Source: an uncultured Planctomycetota bacterium
Lineage (GTDB): Bacteria; Planctomycetota; Planctomycetia; Isosphaerales; Isosphaeraceae
Length of the DNA: 64,000 nucleotides
Direction: 5' to 3'
NCBI GenBank assembly: GCA_963845755.1
Contig: CAWJTV010000011.1
Span: 416,001-480,000, forward strand
Part shown: positions 1-11,392 of the stretch, in pieces
How positions within the stretch are numbered: position 1 is the first letter of the stretch
Layout of the letters: each line of letters begins with the position of its first letter
Program-made: the position numbers and the translations under genes
Notes under the pieces: model-generated
What the model was told of the DNA's origin: nothing
Databases searched by the model: none
What the model saw: the letters and a program-made list of their open reading frames with translations, nothing else

Positions 1-1235
1 GAGAGTGGTTTTCCAGTCTGCGCTCACATTGAGCACGAGCTGGGCGCCATCTCCCGGTTGCCCGTTGATGACCGGGAACCGGCCCCCCTGGAAATCACCC
101 AGGCTGTAATTGATCGCGAGTTTTGTCGAAGCATCCACGGTGACCGGGCCCTGGGTGGCAGCCGCCACGAGCTGGAAGGTGATCGGGACGTCGTCGTCTT
201 CAACGTCGATGGCGGTGGAGCACCGGCGCCCTGGGGAGTGATGGTGAGCGTGACCGGACCCGTCGATGGGATCGGGTTGTCGGCGTTGAAGCCGCTCTCT
301 ACCTTGTTGATCTGGTCGATCAGACTGGACGCGAAAGCCGTCAGATCGGCCTTCTGAGCCGTATAGTGTTTATTAGTCGCATCCCATTTGACTCCCTTGA
401 GCGTGTACGACAGTGGGACGTTGGCCTTGCCGAAGGTCGCATCGATCTTCACGTCCACAGGGAGAGTGGTTTTCCAGTCTGCGCTCACATTGAGCACGAG
501 CTGGGCGCCATCTCCCGGTTGTCCGTTGATGACCGGGAACCGGCCGTCCTTGAAATCACCCAGGCTGTAATTGATCGCGAGTTTTGTCGAAGCATCCACG
601 GTGACCGGACCCTGAGCCGCAGCGGCGGCCGCGGCCGGCACGAGCTGGAAGGCGATGACGACGGGCGGCTTCAACGTCGATGGCCGGGCCACGCCGTCGC
701 CTTCGACGGTGATGGTGAGCGTGACCGGACTGGTCGACGGGATCGGGTTTCCGGCATTGAAATCGCGCTCTAACTTGTTGATCTGGTCGATCAAGTAGGT
801 TGCGAGACCCGCCAGGTCAGTCTTCGCAGCCGTGTATTGCTTCTTGGTCGCATCCCATTTGATCCCCTTGAGCGGATACGACAGCGGGACGTTGGCCTTG
901 CCGAAGGTCGCATCGATCTTCACATCCACGGGCCGAAAATTGGACCAGTTGGCGGCCACATTGAGTACAAGCTGGGCGCCATCCGCCGGCTGCCCATCGG
1001 TGACCGGGAACCGACCGTCCTTGAAGTCCCCCAGGTTGTAAGTGATCGTGAGTGTCGTGGAACTATCCACGCTGAATGAGTCGTAAGCGGGGGCTGCCTG
1101 GGGCGACGGAGTCGGGCCTGCCCCCTGACCCCGCGCAACCGGCGTCACCAGACCCACCGCCAGGAACACCAGGCCGCCGATCACCACCCCGCTCATCAAC
1201 CCTGACAGCGAGCGATACTCTTTCATCACACGCAT
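1..1235 (-). CDS. Secreted protein built of ~153-aa tandem repeats; runs off the window start; frameshift near 190
   Basis: Signal peptide (GLVFLAVGLVTPVARGQ). Repeat unit YNLGDFKDGRFPV...LIDQINK...PVTLTIT occurs twice in the ORF. nt 1-150 nearly duplicate 462-610 (offset 461, not a multiple of 3), giving a third copy. Confidence 0.75.
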
Positions 1236-1431
1236 CGTGAAGTCTCCCGGAGGCAGATGTGTCCCGTCGATTTGCTCGATCTATTTTCCCCAGATTATCC
1301 AACATCCCACGTTGTCATGGGTTGTCAAGCCCAAAGTGGGATTGGGGTGAGGTGCTGGCATGTCCGGCATCGGAACAGACGACCCTCGCTACGGCGCCAT
1401 TGATCCGACGCCGGGCCGATGACTGATGGCC

Positions 1432-1962
1432 TCAAGACTTGGTAGACGGTGGGGCAGGTCGCGCGTTCGTGGCCGGCTGAGCGGCGGAGGGGGCCGGCGA
1501 GGGATTCGCAGGATTCGCAGTCGCGGCAGGCGGGTTATTCCGGTTGACCGAATCCGCCGTGCTCGAACTGCCGAAGTAGAAGCCCACGATCGTCCCCAGG
1601 ATCCCGAGCACCGGCGCCAGGATCTCCTTCCCGGCGGCGACGATATTCTGCCGGGAATTGTCGTCGCCGCTAAAGATGCTGGCCAGCGTGACCACCATCA
1701 CCACGGCGACCGCGCAGGTCAGGAGCATGATCGTGATCAGGCCCCGCGTGAAGTCGCGACTTTCCAGGCTGGGACCGGTCCCCTGAGCACTGGTGTAGAC
1801 GATCATCGCGGCTCCCACGAAAAGGATCAGCATCAGCAAGATCGTGGCAATGCGCCCCAGCACCGGCCAGAACTGATCGTGCATCAGGCCCGTCGCGATC
1901 CGGGCCAGGAAACCCGGGCGCGGGTTGTTCCCACCGTTGGCCACGCCATTCCTCCTCATCAC
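1432..1962 (-). CDS. Hypothetical membrane protein with about 3 TM helices and a Pro/Ala-rich tail
   Basis: Hydrophobic segments; ...APVLGILGTIVGFYFG motif; ORF track. Confidence 0.7.
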   Translation of the reverse strand: MMRRNGVANGGNNPRPGFLARIATGLMHDQFWPVLGRIATILLMLILFVGAAMIVYTSAQGTGPSLESRDFTRGLITIMLLTCAVAVVMVVTLASIFSGDDNSRQNIVAAGKEILAPVLGILGTIVGFYFGSSSTADSVNRNNPPAATANPANPSPAPSAAQPATNARPAPPSTKS

Positions 1963-2213
1963 GCAAATCGGACTCGCGCCATCACGAGGACCCCGATTTT
2001 ATCTGATCCGTCAATCCCTCGCATCTTCTCAATACCCGATCGTGGACTCACTTCTTGTTAATCTGTGAGGATTCTGCGGCTTGAGTGCGATGCTGGCGCC
2101 GCGCGGAGCCCCGAATTCCCGGATTGAGCGATAGAATCCGAACAATCGCGACGATCTATGCCATGAGATAAATCCCCGGCATCAATCCGGGTTCTTTCAG
2201 AGAGGGAGCGACC

Positions 2214-5200
2214 ATGGCGGGTCGTCGCGGCTGCAAAGTTTGCTTCGTGTTCATCGCCGGCTCTCTCGCCCTCTTCCCGGCGGTGGCCCTCGGCCAGGAA
2301 GCCCAATGTGGCGGGGCGCCGGTTGTCATGGCTGAGCAGCCGGTTCGCGCCCGGAGCCGGTGGAACCCATGGGTTCGTCGTGCCGGACCAGCCGGGCCCG
2401 GTCCAGGGCTTCGTCCAGCGCATGTGGGGTTACGTCAACCCGGATAACGCCGAGATCATCTCGGTGCACCAACTCGGCCTGCCTGATCGACCATCTGGAC
2501 AAGTGCCTGTTCGACAAGGGCCAGGTCGTGGTCAAGGGCCCCGACGTCTGGGGGCAGAACCGGTTGACCCAGTACCGTGCCGAGTACGAAGACCAGATGA
2601 GGACTCAGCTCGGGAACTTCGAGATCATCCTCAGCTCCTACCAGCGCCGGGCGGATCTCGCCGCACTCACGAGTGCGACATCGGTCGGGGCTTCGCTCAC
2701 CCCGCAGGTCTCGAACAGCAAGAATGTCACCACGACCAATAACATCACCCCTCCGCTCCCGCGATCCCCTCGGCGCCGGGCTGGTCGGGCCGAATGGCCT
2801 CGTCGCCAACGCCAACTCCCTGATCGGAACCATGTCGCCACTGCTGATGCCGAGCAACCTTGACAGCCCTGGCCCTGGCCAATAAGGGCGCGGCCCAGGG
2901 CCTGGGCATCGAGCCCACCGTCCTGCTCGACGAGCGCTCCAATTTCTTGAACTACCTCCACCAACTCCGTCGGAACAGCATCGGCGACGACAAGACCGAT
3001 ATGCCCGGTTACAGCCTGTATCTCGTTCGCATGCCGGTCTCGATCCTCCCCGGCGATGAGTCGATCAAGGGCAAGGGGGCGATCGTCACCGTCCAGGCCA
3101 AGCATAACCTGACCGGCGACCTGCTGGCCAATACGTTCCGCAACGTCGTGCATCCTCGACACGGCCTACCAACTGATGGACGCCGTCACCCGGGGGCAAT
3201 ACCTCGCCATCGTCAGCGACCAGAGTTCGACTGCGACCATGAGATGACTCTCTCCAAGATCCCAAGCACTCGTGCCCGATCAGATCGACGGATTCCTCCG
3301 TCCGTGCGCCCGGCTAGTGCAGATCCAATCCCGAGCCAGGACTCCGACTGCAGAACCAGGACGATAGCGATACGTCTCGCAACACGACACGCTCAGTGCG
3401 GGACTCACCAGGCCGCCCAGGGTGCCGGACCCGGCTCCGAAGTCGTGCGCGATTTACGGCGCGAATAACCTGACGCGGCTGGTCGCGCCGTGAAGTCGGA
3501 CCAGGAGTCCTGGTACCGGCACGACCCGAGCGTGGTCTCCTGGCTGCTGGGCGAGCTGGGTTCGGCCCACACCTACATGCGCGAGCAGGCGCGGCTGGGC
3601 AATCCGGCCTTCCAGCCCGACGTGTTCGAGAACATCGGGCACCATCTCCTGACCGGAACTACAAGGCGCTGTGGGTCCACCGCGAGAACTGGCTGCGGGC
3701 GTCGGCCAAGGCCCGCACGACCAGGTCCGGCCGATCGACGTGCTGGCGTTCGCCCTGATGGTCCAGTCGGTCTTCGTGGACCGCCAGCTCAAGTACGACA
3801 TGCAGGTGATGGCCCAGCGCAAGGGCTGCGCCTGCGGCGACCCCTATCAGTATTGCTTCTACAATCTCTGGCCCGACGAGCCGGCGAAGCAAGCCTTCAA
3901 TGCCTACGTCGACTGCAAGTGGCCGATCCATGTCTTCTCGCTCGATCCGATCGTCGACCAGCAGAACCAGCTCGACCTGTACAGCGAGCGGACCGAGCTG
4001 CAACTGGCCCTGGCGACGGCGATCGCCACGGGCCAGGCCAGCTTCGAGAACGCGACGACGTACGCCCGCCGCCTGGAGCAGGACCTGGCGGCGATCAATC
4101 TGAATCGCACGGCGGTCGGCTTCGGTGCCGGCGACACGACCTTCGGCTGGCGATTCCGCCCGCGCATCCAGACGCCGCCCACTCAGAGCAATCCGCGGCG
4201 GATCCTGGGAATCCTCGTCAACAACGGACCCGGGCCCGACTATGCCCTGAACAACCTCCGGATCGAGCCGGGCCCGCGCGAATGCTACGCGCTGATGGTC
4301 GTGCCCAACTTCGTGCCGATGATCAAGATGACCACGGTCACGAACTGGTTCGACCTGAAGACCTGCCACCCCGACCAGGAGCTCGGACACCACCGACATG
4401 GTCGGCCTCGGCCGCAAGCTCCAGACGGCCCGCAACGCGTATCAGCGCCTGTGCGACTCGGGCCGCTACCGGCCGACGGACATCGAATCGCTCGGCGAGC
4501 GCCTCGATCAGCTCGAGGCCATGCTGCCGATCCAGTCCCATCAGGTCACGCTCCCCTTCGAGGCCGATCTGACCGGCTCGGAGATCTTCAGCTCGTACAA
4601 CGCCGGGCTCGGCCCGCGGCTCTTGACCTGGTACGGCGAGCCGAGCCAGCCCGGCGGCTCGATCTTCATCCTGGGCACCGGCTTCACCGTCCACGAGATG
4701 AAGGTCATCGTCGGCGGCCAGGTGCTCGAATGATCCGACGCACGATCCCGACGACTCCCACTCCCGGGCTCCACACCACCGCCCGGCTACGAGATCTTGA
4801 GCCGGAACGTGCTCCGGATCACCATCCCCGCGAACGCCCAGACGGTCGACACCGAGGTGATCACCTCGTATACGAAAGCGGCCGCGAAGACCGCCGATGC
4901 CGGGACTCACACCGTCCAGACCACCACGACGACGGTTGATACCACCACGTCAACGGACCGGGTACCGACTCATGTGAATGGGGAATCCACCACAAGGTCG
5001 GTCGAGAACACCAAGACGACGGGCCCCGCACCCAAGACGAGCACACCGGCGGTGGCTTCGCCGTATAATGCACTCGGGGCGACCGGCACGGCGTTCAACG
5101 CGACGACGGATAACGTGTTCCGCGGCGTCGTGGCGAACTTCCGGGACACGAACCCGTCGACGGCGACGGTCCCCGTGATGATCGATTGGGGCGACAACAC

Positions 5201-6249
5201 ACCAGCCAGCCCGGGCACGGTTTCGCTCAACGCCCAGGGCTCCCGGATCTCCGGATCGCATACTTACACCAGGACCGGTCTCTTCTCGACGCAAATCACG
5301 ATCCCACTGACTGGCGGCCCACCGCCCGTCGTCGTGTTTGGCCAGGCCAACGTCTCTGTCCCTCCGCCGCCAGCCAACCACGAATGCGATCGCCGCAAGG
5401 TCATCGATATCCACGTGGCCACATCCAATGGAATCTCGAATCACTTATTTGTTGAAGTCTCGCCCAGCTACAGGCCCACCGATCCGACGAAGGCGATGAA
5501 GACCAGCGTGACGACGCAGACGCTCGTGAACGCCACAACCGGCGAGACCACGACCAACACCGACTACACGACGACGTCGCCGGGCATCGTCCTGCCGCCG
5601 GGGACGATACTCCCGATGGGGACGAGCCTGCCGTCCGGTGGCACCTTCGTCTCCCCGGGCGCCGCGACGATCAACAACCTTCCCTCGGGCTACCAGCCCG
5701 GGACCGTGCCCAGCAATTTCTACCAGCCGATGCCGCCAACCCCCGCCCCCGCAACCGGTCCGGGCGCCATGAACGCCGCGCCGACGCCGGCGAGCGAAGC
5801 GTTGGCGGACAGGAACCGGGAGCCCGAGTTGGCCCCAATCGCGGAGAACGCGGCCCCAGCCGGCGCGGTCCTCCCAGGGGACCATCCCCGTCCCGACCGC
5901 CGCGTCGGGTCATCCTTTCGTACCAAGGGAAGCCATCCCGCCGCCGGTCTCGCGAACTTCCGTTCCGAGACCGACACCCGCCCCGCAACTCGCGGCCACG
6001 GCACCCGCCCGTGCCGCGGGCCTGGGAGGAACCTCGGGGCGCCCGAGTTCGAGGGAAGGGCGTCGAGACCCGGCCGTCGTCCCCGTGGCGACCCAGCCCC
6101 CGCTCGCGACGCGGCGGGGACCGGGACTCTTGCAACGAATGAGGTCTGCCGACAAGACCGCGGTCCCTGCCACGAGCGCCGCTCCGGCCACGACGAAGCC
6201 GCCCGCCCGGAAGTCAGTCCTGTCACGCGTCTTCGGCGGCGCGCAGTAA
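2214..6249 (+). CDS. Large secreted hypothetical protein (~1300 aa) with Ig/PKD-like domain and low-complexity C-terminus; several frameshifts
   Basis: Signal peptide at 2214. Consecutive overlapping ORFs 2360, 2860, 3490, 3671, 4398 and 4797 read as one protein. IDWGD...GSHTY PKD-like motif. Likely end RKSVLSRVFGGAQ-TAA at 6247-6249. Confidence 0.6.
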
Positions 6250-6292
6250 CCTACGCCGCGGTCGATGTCGGTTGTTGGAAGTTATTCGATTC

Positions 6293-7188
6293 TCAATATT
6301 GCGAGAAGCACCAATTCCGATGCCCTGGGACGACGGTATTGAGAGTTGGACAGCCTGTATAGACCGCCGGCAGGACATAGGCGGGTTGAGGACTGAAAGA
6401 CGGCGCGTGCCCGCAATAATAGCTCCCCCCAATGGGGGTTCCGCAGCAAGGGCAAGCCGATGTGGCCTGCCGTTTTGATGCCCGTGGAGTACGCGGGCGA
6501 AGGACGGTCCTGCCTTTCGTCTTGGCCGTGCCATCTGCGTTAAACGTGGGTTGGGTCTCCAGCCCATAAATCTCCCATTGGCCGTCGAGATCGTAATTAT
6601 CCAAGAGTCGCTGGCGCTCGTTCGGATTGTCCCACTCGAGCGTGATGACCGTGGCGCTTGGCGGCGGCGCCGGAGTCGATCCGAAAGTTGAGGTGTGCCC
6701 TGGAGCCGACAAGGCCGGCTTCGGGCGCGGGTGAGGAGTTTTGAGGGGTTAACCTCCAGAGCGGGTCGGACTGTAACAGTGGTATCGTCCTGAAGTACGG
6801 CGGTCATAGGGGCGGGATGAGGGGCACCTGGAGCAAGGAAGGGGAAAAGACTGATTTGCACGTAAGTGTCGTGTGGAAGCGTGATTTTTGTATCGTCATT
6901 GAACTTGACCTTACCATTCGGTTGGCGTATACCAGTGGCGCCACTTAGGACTGTACCCATCGTTACCCTCTCGAGCTTAACTTCGGTCTCCGGCAATAGC
7001 CAATCCTGGCCGTTGATCGTCACGCGAGTGTTGTTCGGAAGCCAGACGACTCGTTGTGCTGAGAGCGGGGCGATCTTGTCATCTGGAAGCGTAAATGGAT
7101 CTTGAGAGTGTGCTTTCGACCCCATCGAGAGTACGAGCAGTGCGGTGACGAGTGGCGCGAGCAAGTAGCGAAATCGCGGGGGTGTCAT
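6293..7188 (-). CDS. Secreted hypothetical protein, frameshift near 6730, Cys-rich tail
   Basis: Signal peptide MTPPRFRYLLAPLVTALLVLSMGSKAHSQ; continues in ORF 6293..6712. Confidence 0.55.
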
Positions 7189-7583
7189 GCAAGAAGCTCC
7201 TCATCCGATAATTCAGTAATAGGCTCGGAGGCCGCCGCGGAGCGTCGATCGGAGCGGATGGTTGCCGAACGGCGAAGACCCCACGATCTCTTGGCGGTCC
7301 GAAACCACGATGGCGCGATCATACCTCATTGCCATCGCTAACAAAATAGTCTACTCATTTTTCCAGAGCTGTGCATATCACCGAAATCTCCATCCTGCGC
7401 GGAGGCGCCCTTGGCGTCATTTCCGGCTCATTCCACGGTGCTGTGGCTCGCGTCGGTCGAGGCCGGGCACGGCGTCCGGCCACTGCCGGACCGGTCTGAT
7501 CCTTCATGAGGTTCAGGGCAGGTGTGTCGTCATCCGAAAGGGATAGGCCGCAAACCCGACTCGCATGCGGCAATGCCCGTAGG

Positions 7584-7736
7584 GGGCCTGCTTCAAGACG
7601 TTCGAAGCCAGGGTAACACTTTTCTCGGAAGACCGCGGCGTTGCTCCAGTCGCAAATAGTGACTGGACAATACTTTACCGCCAAAGCAGCCCGAGACTTT
7701 GCACCGGAAAGTGTTACCCGAGGTTGAACCAGGCCT
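7584..7736. mobile_element. MITE-like element copy 1 (153 bp, TIR GGCCTGsTTCAA/TTGAACCAGGCC)
   Basis: Terminal inverted repeats; colinear similarity to the reverse complement of 7914-8065. Confidence 0.55.
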
Positions 7737-7737
7737 C

Positions 7738-7831
7738 GTAGGGTGGGGCGACCTGCGATTCCTCGAGGCGAAGCCCACCGCATTGGCTCGGTTGGGCCAC
7801 AGGCTGCGTTGTGGCGTTCGACCCACCCTAC
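7738..7831. repeat. REP/REPIN-like element (GTAG family)
   Basis: GTAGGGTGGG at 7738 and its perfect reverse complement CCCACCCTAC at 7822-7831. Confidence 0.55.
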
Positions 7832-7913
7832 CGGCGGCTTCTCCCACACTCGTGGAGGGATGTTCATCGGCGCAATCGGGCCGTTGGCGTTGCCTCCGGT
7901 CCCGGGGAATTTT

Positions 7914-8065
7914 GGGCCTGGTTCAAACTAGGACAACACTTGGCGGCGTAAAGTCCGCCAGGGCCTCGCTGTAAAATTTTGTCCTGAAACAGATTGTGTC
8001 GGGAACATACCGGCCGCACCTTGCAACGAGCACTATCCTGGAGCCGAGCGATTTGAACCAGGCCC
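7914..8065. mobile_element. MITE-like element copy 2 (152 bp), inverted relative to copy 1
   Basis: GGGCCTGGTTCAAA...TTTGAACCAGGCCC perfect 14-bp TIR. Confidence 0.55.
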
Positions 8066-8420
8066 GCAATCCACATCGCAAATAATTTTTTCGAAATTTC
8101 TATATCACGGTGCTGTTTCAGGTTACGTCGAGAAAATGGGTGAGGACCGCCGTAGGTGCATTAACGAAATCTCAAAGTGCGGGCATCCTGATTAATAGGG
8201 GCATTCGACACGCAGGCGCGGATGTCCCCGTGACGTCTGACCGACAACCAGGAAATAACCCGATGTGCGACCACTGATACCCCACCAAGACGTGCGACCG
8301 GAGTAATCCAGCCATTCGAAACTTCTGCTACAACCCAAATCTCTTCGCATTCGGGTGGCCGGTTATCTCGCCAGGGGACTCAACGATCGTCGGATCGGAG
8401 TGAAGGCGACCCGAATCCGC

Positions 8421-8599
8421 AAAACGAGCCCAGACGCCATCGCGACGGCCCAACCGATAAAACGAACCCAGAATCCGCCCCGCGACGTGGCTCGAGTCTG
8501 CAAAACGAACCCAGAATGCCCCCGCGACGTGGCCCGATTTCGCAAAACGAACCCAGGAACGCCTGCGCGGCCCGGCCTGAAACTGGCAAAACGAACCCA
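8421..8599. repeat. Five copies of AAAACGA(A/G)CCCA spaced 38-44 bp
   Basis: Cores at 8421, 8459, 8502, 8544 and 8588. Confidence 0.8.
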
Positions 8600-8819
8600 G
8601 CCGGTCGCATAAACCACACAACCGAGAACTCTTCACGCATCGTCAAAAGAAATCGCAATCAGATCGATCCTACCTGTCGGCTCAATCCGCAAGCCCATCG
8701 CAATCGTGACAATCGATAGCCGCAAGGCTGGCTTGCATGCGACAATGTCGGAGAGGTCAGCGGCGGGGTGTCGTTCCTGGCAGGACGTGGACCTCGCGAA
8801 CCGGAGGGGAGCGCGGAGT

Positions 8820-10799
8820 ATGTGCGGCATCTGCGGCGCGGTCTGGACCGGTCCGAACGGGGCGCTGGCGGCGGAATCGCTCGAGGCCATGATGGACAGG
8901 CTCGTCCATCGCGGGCCGGACGATGCCGGCGCCTACCGCGACAACCATGCCGCGCTGGGATTTCGCCGGCTCTCGATCATCGACCTGGCCGGCGGCCATC
9001 AGCCGCTCTCGAACGAGAACGGCACCGTCTGGACGGTCTTCAACGGCGAGATCTACAACTTCCCCTCGCTGCGGCGACGGTTGGAGGCCAAGGGGCACAC
9101 GCTCCGCTCGCAGGGCGACACCGAGGTCCTCGTTCACCTCTACGAGGATGAAGGGACGCGGATGTTCCGCCTGTTGCGCGGGATGTTCGCCCTGGCGATC
9201 TGGGACGAGCCCCGCCGCACGCTGATTCTGGCCCGCGACCGCATGGGCCAGAAGCCCCTGGTCTATCGCCAGCAAGGCGGACGCCTCACCTTCGCCAGCG
9301 AGCTCAAGGCCCTGCTGGCCCTGCCCGAGGCGGACGTCCCCCGCCGGATCGATCCCCTGGCGCTGGACCATTACCTGTGCTACGGATATGTCCCGCACCC
9401 GAGGACCATCCTGGAGGGGACGAGCAAGCTACCGCCGGCCCATTACGCCGTCTGGCACGACGGCGCGCTGACGATCGAACCCTACTGGCGACCCGACTGG
9501 AATGCCGAGCGCGTGCGGCCCGTCGAGGAGGATATCGAGGAGCTGCGCACGACCCTCGGCGACGCGGTGCGCGAGCAGATGATCGCGGACGTGCCGCTGG
9601 GGGCGTTCCTCTCGGGAGGCATCGACTCGACGATCATCGTGGGCCTGATGCAGCGCGCTTCTACTCGGCCGGTGAAGACCTTCGCGATCGGCTTCCCCGA
9701 CCCGAACTACGATGAGACGCACTATGCCGAGCTGGCCGCGCGGCACCTGGGGACCGAGCACCAGACCTTCCGCGTCGAGCCCAAGGCGTGGGAGACCCTG
9801 CCGCATCTGGCCTGGCAGTTCGACGAGCCGTTCGCCGACAGCTCGGCCCTGCCGACGTGGTACGTCGCGCGCGAGACCCGGCGCGAAGTCACGGTTGCCC
9901 TGACCGGCGATGCCGGCGACGAGCTCTTCGGCGGCTACGAGCGCTATCGGGCGCTGGCCCTGACCGAGCTGTTCCACCGTATCCCCGATCGCCCGCGCCG
10001 GGTCCTCGGCGGGACCATGGTCCGCGTCCTGCCGCGTTCGGCCCGGTCGAAGACCCGGCTCCGCAAAATCCAGCGGCTTTTCGAGAACATCAACGAGCCG
10101 GCCGACGCGCGCTACCTCGGCTGGATGACGACCTTCAACGAAGACGCCCGGCTGGCGCTCTATTCCGAGGATCAACTCGACCGCCTGGCCTCGGCCGCAT
10201 CGGCGACAGTCGACCCATCCGAGTCCGACCCGTCCACCCTCCTGGGCACGGCCTTCGCCGCCGCGTCACGACGCGACCCGGTCACGCGCGCCATGGTCGC
10301 CGATATCCTCACCTACTTGCCCGGCGACCTGCTGGTCAAGGTCAACCTGGCCAGCATGGCGCACAGCCTCGAATGCCGTGGGCCGTTCCTGGATCACCGG
10401 GTCGTCGAGCTGGCCGCCGCCATGCCGCTGGAACGCAAGATCCGCCCCGGCTCGGGCCGCTCCAAGGTCGTCCTCAAGCAGGCGTTCGCCGACTTGCTCC
10501 CTCCGCCCATCCAGAAGCGGGCGAAGATGGGGTTCGGCGTCCCGATCAGCCGATGGTTCCGCGACGATCTGAAGACCGAGCTCCGAGACGTCCTGCTCGA
10601 TCCCGTCTGCCTCAATCGCGGTCTGTTCCGGCCTGAGACGATCCGTGGCCTCATCGACGAGCATGTCGAAGGGAAACGCGAGCACTCGTTCCGCCTCTGG
10701 GCGCTCTTGATGCTGGAATTGTGGTTTCGGAGGCATCTGGATGAGGATCATCCGAAGCCGGTCGAGCCGGCGACGATTCAAGGAATGGGCGTCGCCTGA
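8820..10799 (+). CDS. asnB: Asparagine synthase (glutamine-hydrolysing)
   Basis: N-terminal MCGICG, HRGPD, RRLSIID, FNGEIYN, FLSGGIDS and PFLDH motifs. Confidence 0.95.
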   Translation: MCGICGAVWTGPNGALAAESLEAMMDRLVHRGPDDAGAYRDNHAALGFRRLSIIDLAGGHQPLSNENGTVWTVFNGEIYNFPSLRRRLEAKGHTLRSQGDTEVLVHLYEDEGTRMFRLLRGMFALAIWDEPRRTLILARDRMGQKPLVYRQQGGRLTFASELKALLALPEADVPRRIDPLALDHYLCYGYVPHPRTILEGTSKLPPAHYAVWHDGALTIEPYWRPDWNAERVRPVEEDIEELRTTLGDAVREQMIADVPLGAFLSGGIDSTIIVGLMQRASTRPVKTFAIGFPDPNYDETHYAELAARHLGTEHQTFRVEPKAWETLPHLAWQFDEPFADSSALPTWYVARETRREVTVALTGDAGDELFGGYERYRALALTELFHRIPDRPRRVLGGTMVRVLPRSARSKTRLRKIQRLFENINEPADARYLGWMTTFNEDARLALYSEDQLDRLASAASATVDPSESDPSTLLGTAFAAASRRDPVTRAMVADILTYLPGDLLVKVNLASMAHSLECRGPFLDHRVVELAAAMPLERKIRPGSGRSKVVLKQAFADLLPPPIQKRAKMGFGVPISRWFRDDLKTELRDVLLDPVCLNRGLFRPETIRGLIDEHVEGKREHSFRLWALLMLELWFRRHLDEDHPKPVEPATIQGMGVA

Positions 10800-11392
10800 C
10801 AGAGCGTAAGGATCGTGTTGAGGAAGGCTTTCAATTCGGGACATGCTTGCGCGGCGATGAGCAAGTCCTTGCCCTGGAGAATGCGCGAGGCATCGAGAAT
10901 CTTGTTGTATCTTCGACCCGTTCCGGCCCGGAAGACCTCTTCGAGTCGGTAGGAGGGAGGTTTGTTGTGATTGATCCGTTCCGGGGACGACCCTGGAGTG
11001 GTGCGATTGGACTTTGCCAGCCTCTGGATGTCACTCCAGAACGGGAGTAGCCATGCTTCGAAATCGTATTGCGCAGCGTGGGGGTAGAATCTGGGATCCG
11101 AACCAACCCATTGACGCATTTTGGCTTTTGCATCAACAGCATCGACAAAGTCTGGAGGTTTGGTGCCGGTGTAAACATCCGTCAGCGCGATGACAGCATC
11201 GGCCGGCTCCTTCCCATAGGTGAGAAGCCCTTCGACGAGCCGCTTCAACGCTTCGCCCTTGGGGATTCGACCCTCCTGCGGCACGGGGTGCAACCTGGGC
11301 ATCCGGCCGGCCAATCGTGTCTTCAGACATGCTCGCAGATGAGGGAGGAAGGCTTTCTCTGTCTTGCCTTCGACGACGATGGCGATCTTCAT
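10778..11392 (-). CDS. DUF4276 family protein (TOPRIM-like)
   Basis: IVVEGKTE, FEAWLL, PERINH..PPS and CPELKAF motifs; coupled to upstream ATPase (ATGA overlap). Confidence 0.8.
   Translation of the reverse strand: MKIAIVVEGKTEKAFLPHLRACLKTRLAGRMPRLHPVPQEGRIPKGEALKRLVEGLLTYGKEPADAVIALTDVYTGTKPPDFVDAVDAKAKMRQWVGSDPRFYPHAAQYDFEAWLLPFWSDIQRLAKSNRTTPGSSPERINHNKPPSYRLEEVFRAGTGRRYNKILDASRILQGKDLLIAAQACPELKAFLNTILTLCQATPIP

Noticed and set aside
1290..1345. Sigma70-like TTGACA and GATAAT on the minus strand
   Set aside because: The spacing of about 23 bp is not compatible with a canonical promoter.
8421..8599. Possible CRISPR array
   Set aside because: The core is only 12 bp, the spacers resemble each other, and no cas genes are nearby.
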